DNA of 39,751 bases. Source: a virus (Duplodnaviria > Caudoviricetes). A program made the translations under genes and the position numbers. The stretch is from positions 1 to 39,751 of the IMG/VR virus record IMGVR_UViG_3300032373_000043. One strand, written 5' to 3'. Below are positions 8,495-17,858 of the stretch, piece after piece (the stretch's first letter is position 1; every line of letters begins with the position of its first letter). A model generated the notes under the pieces. It made no database searches and was not told where the DNA came from. It saw only the letters and a list, made by a program, of their open reading frames with translations.

Positions 8495-9063
8495 TGAATA
8501 CCGAATGGATTAGCAAATTTACCGGTCCCCGCGAAGCTCGGGCGATTTGCCATCAATGCTATCGTATTAATGTAGACACCACCTCGTGGGTATTTGCCAC
8601 CAATGGTCACGTAATGCTCGCTATGGAAGCGGCTCTCGGCGACTTTTCTTTTGCTCCTTGCTGTCAATCGGTCATTACCAGCTGGTTAAAGAAAGAGTTG
8701 GGCGACCGCATTACTACGGTAGCCAATCTGCGTGCCTGGGCGGGCCCGGACACCTTTGAATATTGTACCCATTGCGATGAGAATGAATTGGATGTGAATG
8801 GTGAGTGCCTCCATTGTGAAGGGTATGGATACATCGACTTTGAATACCGCAATGGCCGTATTAACGATGTGCTGATCAATCGATATTTGATTGCCAAGGC
8901 GTTCTGGCACCTACCAGACGGCCCTGTGCATGTGGTGACTGACGGGCCGGAAAGCGCTGTATTTTTTATAGGTAGTGGCTGGCGCGTGGTGGTAATGCCT
9001 ATGCGTTATGCATCCGGCCCTATTGAAGTCGTGGAGTTTTCTGCCTGGGATAACGTCGCCTGA
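8494..9063 (+). CDS. Protein with beta-clamp (DnaN)-like motifs and a zinc finger
   Basis: FATNGHVML resembles DnaN VATDGHRL; WRVVVMPMR resembles the DnaN C-terminal YVVMPMR; CTHC...CLHCEGYG. Confidence 0.55.
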   Translation: MNTEWISKFTGPREARAICHQCYRINVDTTSWVFATNGHVMLAMEAALGDFSFAPCCQSVITSWLKKELGDRITTVANLRAWAGPDTFEYCTHCDENELDVNGECLHCEGYGYIDFEYRNGRINDVLINRYLIAKAFWHLPDGPVHVVTDGPESAVFFIGSGWRVVVMPMRYASGPIEVVEFSAWDNVA

Positions 9064-9785
9064 TGCAACTTGGTCGCTGCCCCATTTGCCATTCGCGAAT
9101 CGATCTCACCGCACTGTGCCAGGATGAATCAGGGCGCGAACTGTTGGGATTGCTATCTCAACTCGACACCTTGGCAGGCACGGCGCTGGTTTGTTATCTC
9201 GGCCTGTTCCGACCCGCCACCCGTGATCTGGCCAACGACCGAGCATTACGGCTGGCTCGTGAAGCGCTGGCCTTGCACAGCAAGCCAGCAACCCTGGCGG
9301 CAGCCATGCATGAATGCGTACAGTCCATGCGTGCAAAGCAGGATCAAGGCGCCTTTAAACCCCTCGTTAATCACAATTATTTAAAGCGCATCCTGGAGAC
9401 CATTGCCGTGAATGCATTACCCGCAGCATTGATGTCTGCGAGTAATGTTATCCACGCACCCGTCAGGCAATCAAAAACGGCGCAGGTTATCGGCATGCTC
9501 AAAGATTATCCCGCGCCGGAGGGTATCCCCGAATGGTTTACTCGTACTGTGTGTGGCTCGCTGGCTGAACTGGTAATGATGTCGTTGGATGGAATGCCAG
9601 CATACGACACGCTGTCGTTGCAGGCAGAACGATGGCTAAAAGAGCTGTGGCCAAAACGCAACTGGCGACAGCAGTGTCGATTCCGTGGTGCAAAACGACT
9701 GCGACACTCATTCGTCAGTGCCACTGAAACAAAAGAGCGCTGGCCCTCTGTGCGTGATGTGCTAAGCCAAATACCACGCGAATGA
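9063..9785 (+). CDS. Conserved Mu-like hypothetical protein
   Basis: MQLGRCPICH...YLGLFRPA...PLVNHNYLKRIL; coupled start/stop codons. Confidence 0.7.
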   Translation: MQLGRCPICHSRIDLTALCQDESGRELLGLLSQLDTLAGTALVCYLGLFRPATRDLANDRALRLAREALALHSKPATLAAAMHECVQSMRAKQDQGAFKPLVNHNYLKRILETIAVNALPAALMSASNVIHAPVRQSKTAQVIGMLKDYPAPEGIPEWFTRTVCGSLAELVMMSLDGMPAYDTLSLQAERWLKELWPKRNWRQQCRFRGAKRLRHSFVSATETKERWPSVRDVLSQIPRE

Positions 9786-10180
9786 GCATGAGTTTGCATA
9801 ACATCGATATCGCTCATTTGCCTCCATCCATCCAAGATATGGTAGCCGTGACTGGCTTGGCCGCCGCTCTGGTCATCGTCGAAGAGCGCGGCGGAATACG
9901 TCTATGTGTACCTGCACAAGTGCGGACGGATCACTGGCTCATGCAAAAGATCGGCGCTGAGGCTTTTGTCCGGTTGGTGCAAGTCTATGCCGGAGAAGAA
10001 ATCGAAATACCCAAATGCGATGCCGCTTTGCGCGCATTGAGAGAACATGAAATTGTCAGCTCTGATGAATCCAATGCAAAACTGGCGCGACGTTATGGTT
10101 ATACCGAAAGAGGTATTCGTAAGCTAAAGCGACGCGTGCGAAATAATACTGCGCTGGATGACCAACAAAGCTTGTTTTAG
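9782..10180 (+). CDS. Mor/C-family late transcription activator
   Basis: LPPSIQDMVAVTGLAAAL...GGIRLCVP...IEIPKC...LARRYGYTERGIRK; last gene before lysis. Confidence 0.88.
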   Translation: MSMSLHNIDIAHLPPSIQDMVAVTGLAAALVIVEERGGIRLCVPAQVRTDHWLMQKIGAEAFVRLVQVYAGEEIEIPKCDAALRALREHEIVSSDESNAKLARRYGYTERGIRKLKRRVRNNTALDDQQSLF

Positions 10181-10241
10181 CATCTGGGCATTGCCGACCA
10201 CTATTCCATGCTGTAGTGTAAAAAGCACCTCTTAAGACGCT

Positions 10242-10298
10242 CCCCGGAACCTGTTCCCCCGTTACCTCTCTGGCTCATCCCGCTAATTTGTGGGCATG
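10242..10298 (+). promoter_or_regulatory. Late promoter for the lysis operon
   Basis: CCCCGGAACctGTTCCCCCG dyad, then TAATTT, 6 nt and ATG 10296; same architecture at 24475-24531. Confidence 0.8.
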
Positions 10299-10802
10299 AA
10301 CCGAATAAAATTATCTAATAACTTTTACCTCGACGAATTCACTCGTTCGGAAACTGCTGCGCGCAACGGCATCACTATTAATGTGACTGAAGGCAGCGAG
10401 GTATATATAAACCTCAAGCGCCTATGCACATATATATTGCAACCATTGCGCAACAATCTCGGCCCTGTACATGTGCTGTCGGGCTATCGCCCTGCATCAA
10501 TCAATAAATTAATTGGTGGCGCTAAAATATCACAGCACATCACAGGCCAAGCAGCAGATATTGTTGTAAGCAATCGCACGCCTCTGGAAGTCGCCAAATG
10601 GATTTATGCTAATTGCGAGGATTACGACCAGCTCATCAATGAGTTTGGTCAGTGGGTCCATGTATCTGTTTCCACGCCAGACCAATCGCCACGCAATCAA
10701 ATCATTACCGCCTTCAAGAAACCCCGCCTATTGCAAAAGCCAAAAACAATATACGTGGCGGGACTGTCCAGCATAGAAGATGCAATGAGGTTATCCGCAT
10801 GA
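10296..10802 (+). CDS. Endolysin, peptidase M15A family
   Basis: LSNNFYLDEFTRS, SGYR, SQHITGQAADI, WVHVS zinc-peptidase motifs. Confidence 0.9.
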   Translation: MNRIKLSNNFYLDEFTRSETAARNGITINVTEGSEVYINLKRLCTYILQPLRNNLGPVHVLSGYRPASINKLIGGAKISQHITGQAADIVVSNRTPLEVAKWIYANCEDYDQLINEFGQWVHVSVSTPDQSPRNQIITAFKKPRLLQKPKTIYVAGLSSIEDAMRLSA

Positions 10803-11362
10803 TACCAGCATTGATGGGTTTGGCGCAGTTTGTTCCGGGGTTGGCGCGCATTTTTGGCGGAGATAAGGCTGGTGATGTAGCCGACACAGTATTAAATGTC
10901 GCTCAGGATATTACCGGTACAGGCAATGCTAATGATGCCGTTGCGAAAATAAATAATGATCCTGAATTGCAAATCAAACTGCAACAAGCAATGACACCAA
11001 TCGTGGTGGCTGAGCTGGAAGCTGAAACCAAACAGTTGGAATCAGTCAACGCAACCATGCGTGCTGAGAGCCAAAGCCAGGATAAGTTTGTTCGCCGTTG
11101 GCGACCCTTTTTTGGTTATATCGTTGGCATCGCCTGGGGTTTGCAAATGATGGCAATCAGCATAGTGATTGTTATCAAGCCAACTGATGCAGCAACACTG
11201 ATTACCGCAATGAGCGGACTATCTGTTATCTGGGGTGTTGCACTTTCTGTGTTAGGCATTTCCGTTCACAAGCGCAGCCAGGACAAATCTGTTGCTGCAG
11301 GAAACCGTTTACCGTCCGGAATTGGCGCTGCATTAGCCCAACGTCTGGCAGGAAATAAATAA
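10799..11362 (+). CDS. Holin (3TM/GTA-holin-like)
   Basis: ATG 10799 overlaps the endolysin stop; RRWRPFFGY motif followed by TM helices. Confidence 0.8.
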   Translation: MIPALMGLAQFVPGLARIFGGDKAGDVADTVLNVAQDITGTGNANDAVAKINNDPELQIKLQQAMTPIVVAELEAETKQLESVNATMRAESQSQDKFVRRWRPFFGYIVGIAWGLQMMAISIVIVIKPTDAATLITAMSGLSVIWGVALSVLGISVHKRSQDKSVAAGNRLPSGIGAALAQRLAGNK

Positions 11363-11363
11363 C

Positions 11364-11597
11364 ATGGATGACGTAGACCGCGCCAAGCAATATGAAATGC
11401 AGCATCGCAAGCGATCACTAAATGCCGCGTTATCGGTACCAGAAAAAAGCGCTGATGAAAAACAAGCAGCTGATGGTCAGAGTCGCATCATTTGTATCGA
11501 TTGCCAGTCTGTAATCCCGTTAGAGCGATTGAACATGAGACCTGACATTGTGCGCTGTGTTGACTGCAAAGCGGCATGGGAGAAGAAACAAAAATGA
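11364..11597 (+). CDS. TraR/DksA C4 zinc-finger protein
   Basis: MDDVDRA...CIDCQSVIPLERL...RCVDCK. Confidence 0.9.
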   Translation: MDDVDRAKQYEMQHRKRSLNAALSVPEKSADEKQAADGQSRIICIDCQSVIPLERLNMRPDIVRCVDCKAAWEKKQK

Positions 11598-11986
11598 TCG
11601 AATGGAATACGGTTGCCGTTATCGTCGCTATTGCAGTTTCTGCGGCAGGGTTGTTGAAGTATGTGTTTTATTTGTTGGATAAACACAAAGAGCATGTTGC
11701 TGAGCGCTTCACAGACCATCATGAAAAAATACAAAAAAACACCGAGGCGATTAAAGGCACTGAGGAAAGCATTCAAAACACTCGTGATGAAATGCATAGA
11801 GACTATGTGCATTACGACGTTTATAAAGACGACAAAAAAAACATGCACGATTTGTTTGGGGACAACTTTAAAGCGCTGTTCAAAAAAATGGATGCAGTAG
11901 CCAGAGACCTGAATCAACTCATCGGCTCACACAACGGGAAAGTCAAAAGCAATATCGACGACGATGTCAAAGATAACGACAAATAA
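11594..11986 (+). CDS. Membrane-anchored coiled-coil protein (Mu gp25 position)
   Basis: N-terminal TM helix followed by heptad-rich sequence. Confidence 0.7.
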   Translation: MIEWNTVAVIVAIAVSAAGLLKYVFYLLDKHKEHVAERFTDHHEKIQKNTEAIKGTEESIQNTRDEMHRDYVHYDVYKDDKKNMHDLFGDNFKALFKKMDAVARDLNQLIGSHNGKVKSNIDDDVKDNDK

Positions 11987-12833
11987 CAATCAAGATCGTC
12001 TGCGTCGCCTGCGTGTATTGCAGGCATTGCATCGCGCATACCCTGATCCAATGGGTGAAATTGCAATACTGAATATTGTTCAGGCAGACCCGGAGCTGTC
12101 ACCCACTATTGAGCGGATACGGCACTCGTTGTCATACCTGGGAGAAAATGGTCTTGTTAAGGTTATACGGGTTGATAATAGTGACTGGATGGCTGGCTGT
12201 GTCACCAGCTGTGGTATGTCCTTCCTCGCTGCCGATGCTAAAGACGCAACCGGTGTGGAGGGTGTTTACCATCCCTCCGAAAAGCCCGCACCCGCTACCA
12301 ACAAACAGCATGGCCGCAACTCTAGCGTCACGACTCTACCGGCAGAAGTTAAAGCCTGGCTGGACCAGGAGTTGGTCCGGCGACAGTTTACAGGATACAT
12401 CGATCTGGCCGCACTACTCGAAGGCCAGGGCTATGAGATCAGCAAGTCGGCTATTGGCCGATACGGCAAAAAATTTAAGGAAGAGCAAAAAGAGCTAAGG
12501 CAGTCCATTGAAATGGCCAAGGCGTTTGCAGAAGTCGTGGGTGACGACGGTGCCGCTATGAATCAAACGCTCACCGCCCTGGCACAACAGGAGCTGATGT
12601 CAGTCATTCGCAATGGCGAATATGATGAAGAGATTAAGCTGCCTGCATTAATTCGCAGCATCGCCAGCCTTAACCGCTCTGACGTTAACACCCGAAAATT
12701 CCAAATCGAACAAGCTGCTCGACACAAGGCGCTGGACGACGCTGCCAATGCCGTGGAAAAAGCCGCGCAGCAACAAGGACTCACCCGCGACCAGGCGCAG
12801 TTCTGGCGTGAACAAGTGTTGGGGGTTAAGTAA
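11964..12833 (+). CDS. gp26-like wHTH fused to gp27/DUF3486 (putative small terminase)
   Basis: N-half RLRVLQAL...IRHSLSYLGENGLV; C-half GRNSSVTTLPAEVKAWLDQEL...ISKSAIGRYGKKF. Confidence 0.8.
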   Translation: MSKITTNNNQDRLRRLRVLQALHRAYPDPMGEIAILNIVQADPELSPTIERIRHSLSYLGENGLVKVIRVDNSDWMAGCVTSCGMSFLAADAKDATGVEGVYHPSEKPAPATNKQHGRNSSVTTLPAEVKAWLDQELVRRQFTGYIDLAALLEGQGYEISKSAIGRYGKKFKEEQKELRQSIEMAKAFAEVVGDDGAAMNQTLTALAQQELMSVIRNGEYDEEIKLPALIRSIASLNRSDVNTRKFQIEQAARHKALDDAANAVEKAAQQQGLTRDQAQFWREQVLGVK

Positions 12834-12973
12834 TGATGAATGATTTTACACGGTTGAATATTTGCGGAGCCAGCGGCTTTGTCGTAATTGCTAGCAATGC
12901 TGGCATGTTGGCCTGGTGTGCTTGCGTGGCGGGTGCCGTTTTTTTTTATTCCTGCATCAAAAAGGGCTGGTGA
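12833..12973 (+). CDS. Small hydrophobic protein (46 aa, not in the ORF track)
   Basis: ATG overlaps the upstream TAA; TGA ends 1 nt before the terminase ATG; MMNDFTRLNICGASGFVVIASNAGMLAWCACVAGAVFFYSCIKKGW. Confidence 0.45.
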   Translation: MMNDFTRLNICGASGFVVIASNAGMLAWCACVAGAVFFYSCIKKGW

Positions 12974-12974
12974 T

Positions 12975-14612
12975 ATGCTTGCGCCATCCGATGTCATTCG
13001 CACCGTCAGCTGGGAAGAGCTGCCAGCCTCAGTGCGCGAGATCCCTGCTGACCATAATCCATTAGCTGATGGCCTGTTAATGAAGCATCAACAGCAATGG
13101 CTAGCATTATGCAATGAGCATGATCTGACCATTTCCGAGAAAGGTCGGCGCACGGGTATTACCTACGGCACCGCATTGGACTCATCCATTACCTCTGCCA
13201 GTCGAAAAGATGCAGGCGGAGACAACACCTACTACGTGGGTGACACCAAAGAGAAAGGGCTCGAGTTCATCGGCTACTGCGCCCACATGGCGAAGGTAAT
13301 GGCCATGGCAATGGCCGAAGGCTGGCATGGCATTGAAGTTTTTTTATTCGAGGACCAGCAACCCGATGGCACCAGCAAAAACATCACCGCTTATAGAATT
13401 CGGTTTGCATCCGGTTTTCAAATTGTCGCGCTGTCATCCAACCCCGCAAACATCCGTGGTCTACAAGGCATCGTGGTTATCGATGAGGCGGCATTCCACG
13501 CCAATGTGCAAGCGGTTATTGATGCTGCTACTGCATTGATTATCTGGGGTGGCAAGATCCGCATCATCTCCACCCACAACGGCAGCAGTAACCCGTTTAA
13601 TCAATTGATCAAAGATGCACGCTCAAAGCTCAATGCGTTTAAAGTTTTTTATGTATCGTTTGATGATGCCGTGGCCAACGGTCTCTACGAGCGCGTGTGT
13701 TTTGTTAAAGGATGGCAGCCAACTGAGGAAGGCAAAAAGACCTGGTACCAGAAAGTGCGTAAAGGATATGGCGCCAACAAAGCCGCGATGCGCGAAGAAC
13801 TGGACGTAATACCTAAAGACGGCTCAGGCGTTGCAATACCCGGCATATTGGTCGAAAACTGCATGCACGAAAAGCGGCCTATCCTCCGCTTGGCATTGCA
13901 AAATGATTTTGCGCTGAAGTCAGAAGGGTGGCGAAAGTCGTGGTGTGAAGAGTGGATTAAGATCAATTTAAAGCCTCTTTTAGACGCCCTTAATCCCGAA
14001 CTTGAACATGTCTACGGATCAGACTATGCACGTCATGGTGATTTCTCCGTAATTGCACCAATGGAGATTGGTCAAAGCCTCGTGCGCCGTGTTCCGTTTC
14101 TCGTGGAAATGCACAACGTGCCAACGCGGCAACAAGAGCAAATCCTGCACGCCATTATCAAGGCGCTACCGAAATTCAGAAAGGCCGCAATGGATGCCAC
14201 CGGCAATGGCGCCACCATCGCTGAGTATGCCGCAGGTGAATTCGGCCATACCCGCATTGACCAGGTGATGCTTAACAACGCCTGGTATCGCGAAAATATG
14301 GTGTCATTTCAAACGGCATTCCAAGATCAGATGTTGGACTTGCCGCAAGATGCGGATATCAAGAATGACATCCGTGCGCTGCAATTGATTGACGGCATCA
14401 TCAAATTACCCAGTCTGCGTCAAGCTGACACCAAGAATGCAGAATTTAAACGCCACGGAGATTCGGCGATCGCCATAGCGTTGGCATTTTACGCCAGCAA
14501 CCAGGATGCCGCACCCATCGAATTTACTGCCGCACCCAGCAAGGGGAGTCGGTGGGATCAATGTAGTGATAATGACAGTGATATATCTGTAGTTAGCAAC
14601 GGTGCTTGGTAG
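12975..14612 (+). CDS. terL: Terminase large subunit (Mu gp28-like)
   Basis: EKGRRTGITY, NIRGLQGIVVIDEAAFH, ISTHNG, GSDYARHGDFS, HGDSAIA. Confidence 0.95.
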   Translation: MLAPSDVIRTVSWEELPASVREIPADHNPLADGLLMKHQQQWLALCNEHDLTISEKGRRTGITYGTALDSSITSASRKDAGGDNTYYVGDTKEKGLEFIGYCAHMAKVMAMAMAEGWHGIEVFLFEDQQPDGTSKNITAYRIRFASGFQIVALSSNPANIRGLQGIVVIDEAAFHANVQAVIDAATALIIWGGKIRIISTHNGSSNPFNQLIKDARSKLNAFKVFYVSFDDAVANGLYERVCFVKGWQPTEEGKKTWYQKVRKGYGANKAAMREELDVIPKDGSGVAIPGILVENCMHEKRPILRLALQNDFALKSEGWRKSWCEEWIKINLKPLLDALNPELEHVYGSDYARHGDFSVIAPMEIGQSLVRRVPFLVEMHNVPTRQQEQILHAIIKALPKFRKAAMDATGNGATIAEYAAGEFGHTRIDQVMLNNAWYRENMVSFQTAFQDQMLDLPQDADIKNDIRALQLIDGIIKLPSLRQADTKNAEFKRHGDSAIAIALAFYASNQDAAPIEFTAAPSKGSRWDQCSDNDSDISVVSNGAW

Positions 14613-14676
14613 GCAATGTCACCCAGCCACTGGATGATAGTCGCTGAGCCTGACACAACATAAAAAAGGAAAAATC

Positions 14677-15138
14677 ATGACAGCGTCATTAAGTAAATTA
14701 AAGACTGAACTTGCCAAACCTGATTATACGCTGATGGCCGACCCTGACGTGGCTGCCGCATTTCGCGTGCCCGGTTCCGGCGGGAATATATTGCACGACA
14801 TCAGCGTCGGTGAACTGGAGCGTTATCTGGCATCCGAAGAGGGAGATATCTTGCTGGCTCTACGTGATGAGGCATTGACTGGCGGATCGAATAACCCAGT
14901 TGCTACTGCCACAGCGCGGAAATTGGTAGCACTGATAGATAGTCCAAACGTTGATGCATTTGATATTCATCATACTAGCGCCGCGATGGGTTTATCTGCA
15001 TTGGAGTCCGTCAACATCATCAGCGATGTACAACATGCCGCTATCACCAAGCTGGGTACCACTCAGCAAACTATCTGGCAGGAAATCGGCATACCCAACG
15101 GCACGGCTGACGATGTCATGCGCGCAAGGACACTGTAA
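14677..15138 (+). CDS. Helical protein, gene 1 of the putative fibre cassette
   Basis: AAGGA RBS; 153 aa; coupled to the next ORF. Confidence 0.7.
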   Translation: MTASLSKLKTELAKPDYTLMADPDVAAAFRVPGSGGNILHDISVGELERYLASEEGDILLALRDEALTGGSNNPVATATARKLVALIDSPNVDAFDIHHTSAAMGLSALESVNIISDVQHAAITKLGTTQQTIWQEIGIPNGTADDVMRARTL

Positions 15139-15533
15139 TGGCAAAAGCAAACCAAATTGTAACGTGGCCGATTAATGCCAATGTCGCGCCCGCTTCAGTG
15201 CGAAAAGAATCAGAAGTCATGCCGCAGGTCGCCACTGCCTACGAGGCTAATTGTGATCTGGCGGTGATTGGCAACGGTGGTGGTATTGAGACAGGCTATC
15301 AGGTGGATTTTTACGCGCAATACACAAACGCACCTGGTGTGTATGAAGCATCACCACTAATCGGTCGCATGGAACTGCTGGGCAGCATTGTTGTGGATGT
15401 AACAACGTTTCCATTGCGGCTACCCGCTCGTTTGTTTGAGCACATTCCCGCAGAATATAAAATCATTGCGCTATCCAGCGCGGTAACGGACACAGTCACT
15501 GTTGACGTCATTGTGCGGACTGACTCGCCATAA
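15138..15533 (+). CDS. Small beta-rich protein, gene 2 of the putative fibre cassette
   Basis: 131 aa with alternating hydrophobic strands; TAATG coupling on both sides. Confidence 0.7.
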   Translation: MAKANQIVTWPINANVAPASVRKESEVMPQVATAYEANCDLAVIGNGGGIETGYQVDFYAQYTNAPGVYEASPLIGRMELLGSIVVDVTTFPLRLPARLFEHIPAEYKIIALSSAVTDTVTVDVIVRTDSP

Positions 15534-17068
15534 TGTCCCGCAGACCGAACAAACGTCTGTGGGCACAAAAGCCCGACAAGCCAGCGCCGCTGAATACCCG
15601 GCACTGGCTTTATCCGTATCTCAAAATAGTCACATTTCCAGGCATTGGCCAATATGGAAACCTGATTAACGATGGGTTTGTTTTTGATACATCAATAGGG
15701 TCAGTCGGCGGTATTAATGGCAACAGAATTCGACGGTTTGACGGAACAACCAACGCAGTTGATCGCGGTACATTTAATCAATCTGTTATTAACGGCGCAG
15801 GATTTATTGCCCGCATTGCTCCCAACGCACCAATAAACGGGTCAGCAACCAAGGTTGGTTTGACATTTAATTCGCTAACCTGTGGTGTCGATCACACCGT
15901 TGCTAACCCGTGGCAATGGTCGACTCATGTTAAAGCTGGTGGGTCATGGAATGCAGTTAAATATGGGACGCCACCAGGCGTTGGGGAGATGGCTACAGTT
16001 GCAGGTGTTTGGGATGATATCAACCAACAAATATCATCGTATCAGGGTGGCCAGTTAACGGGAGCATCATCCGGCCTGGGAAATTACGATTTTGCATCGC
16101 GCAGTGCAGTTACTATTGGCAGTGGCGTGGATAATAGCAACAACAATTATTATTGGACGCAGATGGACGTTGACTTTGTGTTGTATTTCGAAGGCATTGT
16201 CCCAACTGACGCACAGATTGAATCGCTCAGCAACAGCCCCCTGCAATTGTTACAGCCTCGAACTATCTGGGTGCCCGTTGGGGTGGCAGGCGGTCAACAA
16301 ACCATTACCCCATCCGCTATTACCAGTACTGAAGTTTTTGGCGCACAAAATGTTATGCCTGGCGCAATAACATTGCAGCCTAATAACATTGCCAGCACAG
16401 AAGCCATTGGATCGCCTGATCTGTTTAACGCAGCCGTTATCATCACACAAACCATTGCGTCATTGGAGTCTGTGCCGACTCCCGCATTATTTTCGGGCGC
16501 CGCAACTGTTCAGCCTAATGCAATCAATAGTGATGAGGTAATTGGCAGCTGTATATTTTCAACAGGCTCGGTATCGATCACGCCAAACCCAATCATCAGT
16601 AACGAGAGCTTCGGTTCAGCAACTATTACTATTGGTGCAATTTCCTTATTACCGTCCAGCATTATTTCTGCCGAGAGCGTTGGCAGTCCACAAATCATTA
16701 CTGATAGCTTGTTGCTTCCCTATGGTATTGCCAGTGCCGAGGCAGCGGGTGTGCTTAATGTGCAACCTGGTGCAGTGAATATTGATGTCGCTGGCATCGA
16801 TAGCGGTGAAGCCTTCGGCACACAAATAGTACATCCGGGCTCTGTAATTATAGTGCCTGACAGTGTAGTAAGCGCTGAACTGTTTGGCGGCGCGTTAGTA
16901 ATTCCTGACGCCACAGTTATCACCCCATCCAGCATAACGAGTAACGAACAGTTCGGCACTATTGTGATTCTGGGTGGTGTCGAGTTTATTGGCTGGCTAT
17001 TGGGTGAAATCACTGCATATCCAGCATTGACTGGGAAAATAATTACCTCGCCAGCAACTGATCATTAG
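15533..17068 (+). CDS. ConA/LamG-like domain plus ten ~21-aa repeats (putative fibre core/adhesin)
   Basis: TVAGVWDD...ISSYQGG...VTIGS...PTDAQIESL lectin-like pattern; repeats hxPxxIxSxExFG. Confidence 0.75.
   Translation: MSRRPNKRLWAQKPDKPAPLNTRHWLYPYLKIVTFPGIGQYGNLINDGFVFDTSIGSVGGINGNRIRRFDGTTNAVDRGTFNQSVINGAGFIARIAPNAPINGSATKVGLTFNSLTCGVDHTVANPWQWSTHVKAGGSWNAVKYGTPPGVGEMATVAGVWDDINQQISSYQGGQLTGASSGLGNYDFASRSAVTIGSGVDNSNNNYYWTQMDVDFVLYFEGIVPTDAQIESLSNSPLQLLQPRTIWVPVGVAGGQQTITPSAITSTEVFGAQNVMPGAITLQPNNIASTEAIGSPDLFNAAVIITQTIASLESVPTPALFSGAATVQPNAINSDEVIGSCIFSTGSVSITPNPIISNESFGSATITIGAISLLPSSIISAESVGSPQIITDSLLLPYGIASAEAAGVLNVQPGAVNIDVAGIDSGEAFGTQIVHPGSVIIVPDSVVSAELFGGALVIPDATVITPSSITSNEQFGTIVILGGVEFIGWLLGEITAYPALTGKIITSPATDH
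16300..16960 (+). repeat. Ten protein-level repeats (PxxIxSxExFG)
   Basis: ITPSAITSTEVFG, LQPNNIASTEAIG, ITQTIASLESVP, VQPNAINSDEVIG, ITPNPIISNESFG, LLPSSIISAESVG, LLPYGIASAEAAG, IDVAGIDSGEAFG, IVPDSVVSAELFG, ITPSSITSNEQFG. Confidence 0.85.
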
Positions 17069-17098
17069 AGCGTCATGTGACCTCTCAGGAGAGAAATA

Positions 17099-17422
17099 GT
17101 GAGTGGCAATATTTTAGTTTTAAACAGTGACAATATTATTGAAATACCTGCGCTCACTAATGGACAAACGGGTGAAGCAGTAAACAATGCCACTGTACAA
17201 CTCACACTACAGGACAAAAGCGGTGACAACATAGCTGGGCAAACATGGCCATTGGCAATGAATTATGTTGCAGACAGCAATGGAACTTATCGCGCTATAG
17301 CAACTTACACATTAACGCTCACGCATAGGCAGAAAGTGAAAGCGAAAGTAATTGCTGATGCTGGCGTGGGAGCGCATCGTGAATGGGAAAAATATTTCAC
17401 TGTATTAATTGGATCAAAATAA
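17099..17422 (+). CDS. Ig-like/BppU-like small adaptor protein
   Basis: AGGAG RBS; all-beta pattern TGEAVNNATVQLTLQD...NGTYRA. Confidence 0.6.
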   Translation: MSGNILVLNSDNIIEIPALTNGQTGEAVNNATVQLTLQDKSGDNIAGQTWPLAMNYVADSNGTYRAIATYTLTLTHRQKVKAKVIADAGVGAHREWEKYFTVLIGSK

Positions 17423-17434
17423 GGAGAAAAAACA

Positions 17435-17842
17435 ATGGCAAATGCATTGTATGACAAAGGTCGTGAAGGGTTTCTCGACGGTACCATTGATTGGGATACC
17501 GATAATATAAAAGTAGTTTTGGTTGACGCGGCTGATTACGCCGTTGATCTGGCTAATCATAATGATCTGGACGACATCCCTGTTATCTCTCGCGTTGCAA
17601 CGTCAGCAAATCTGGGTACTAAAACGGTAGCGGCCGGGGTAGCTGATGCAGCTGATATTACCTTCAGCGCTGTTGCTGGCGACCCATCTGAAGCCCTGAT
17701 TATCTATCAGGATACCGGTGTGTCCGCAACCTCCCGGCTGATTGCGTATATCGATACGGCGACGGGTTTACCAGTAACGCCCAATGGTGGTGACATTCAG
17801 GTGCAATGGGATGCCGGTGCTAACAAAATTTTCAAGCTGTAA
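17435..17842 (+). CDS. Putative virion fibre subunit
   Basis: Strong AAGGAG RBS; MANALYDKGREGFLDGTIDWDTDNIKVVLVD...DAADITF...LPVTPNGGDIQVQW, a pattern typical of small phage structural proteins. Confidence 0.7.
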   Translation: MANALYDKGREGFLDGTIDWDTDNIKVVLVDAADYAVDLANHNDLDDIPVISRVATSANLGTKTVAAGVADAADITFSAVAGDPSEALIIYQDTGVSATSRLIAYIDTATGLPVTPNGGDIQVQWDAGANKIFKL

Positions 17843-17858
17843 AAAGACGGAGAAAATT

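Noticed and set aside
10652-10798. Longer holin start from the ORF track
   Set aside because: Overlaps the endolysin by about 150 bp; ATG 10799 coupled to the endolysin stop is more plausible
12888-12974. Extended terminase N-terminus or phase-variable T9 tract at 12939-12947
   Set aside because: Better explained by a 46-aa ORF (12833-12973) coupled to terminase ATG 12975; no evidence for slippage
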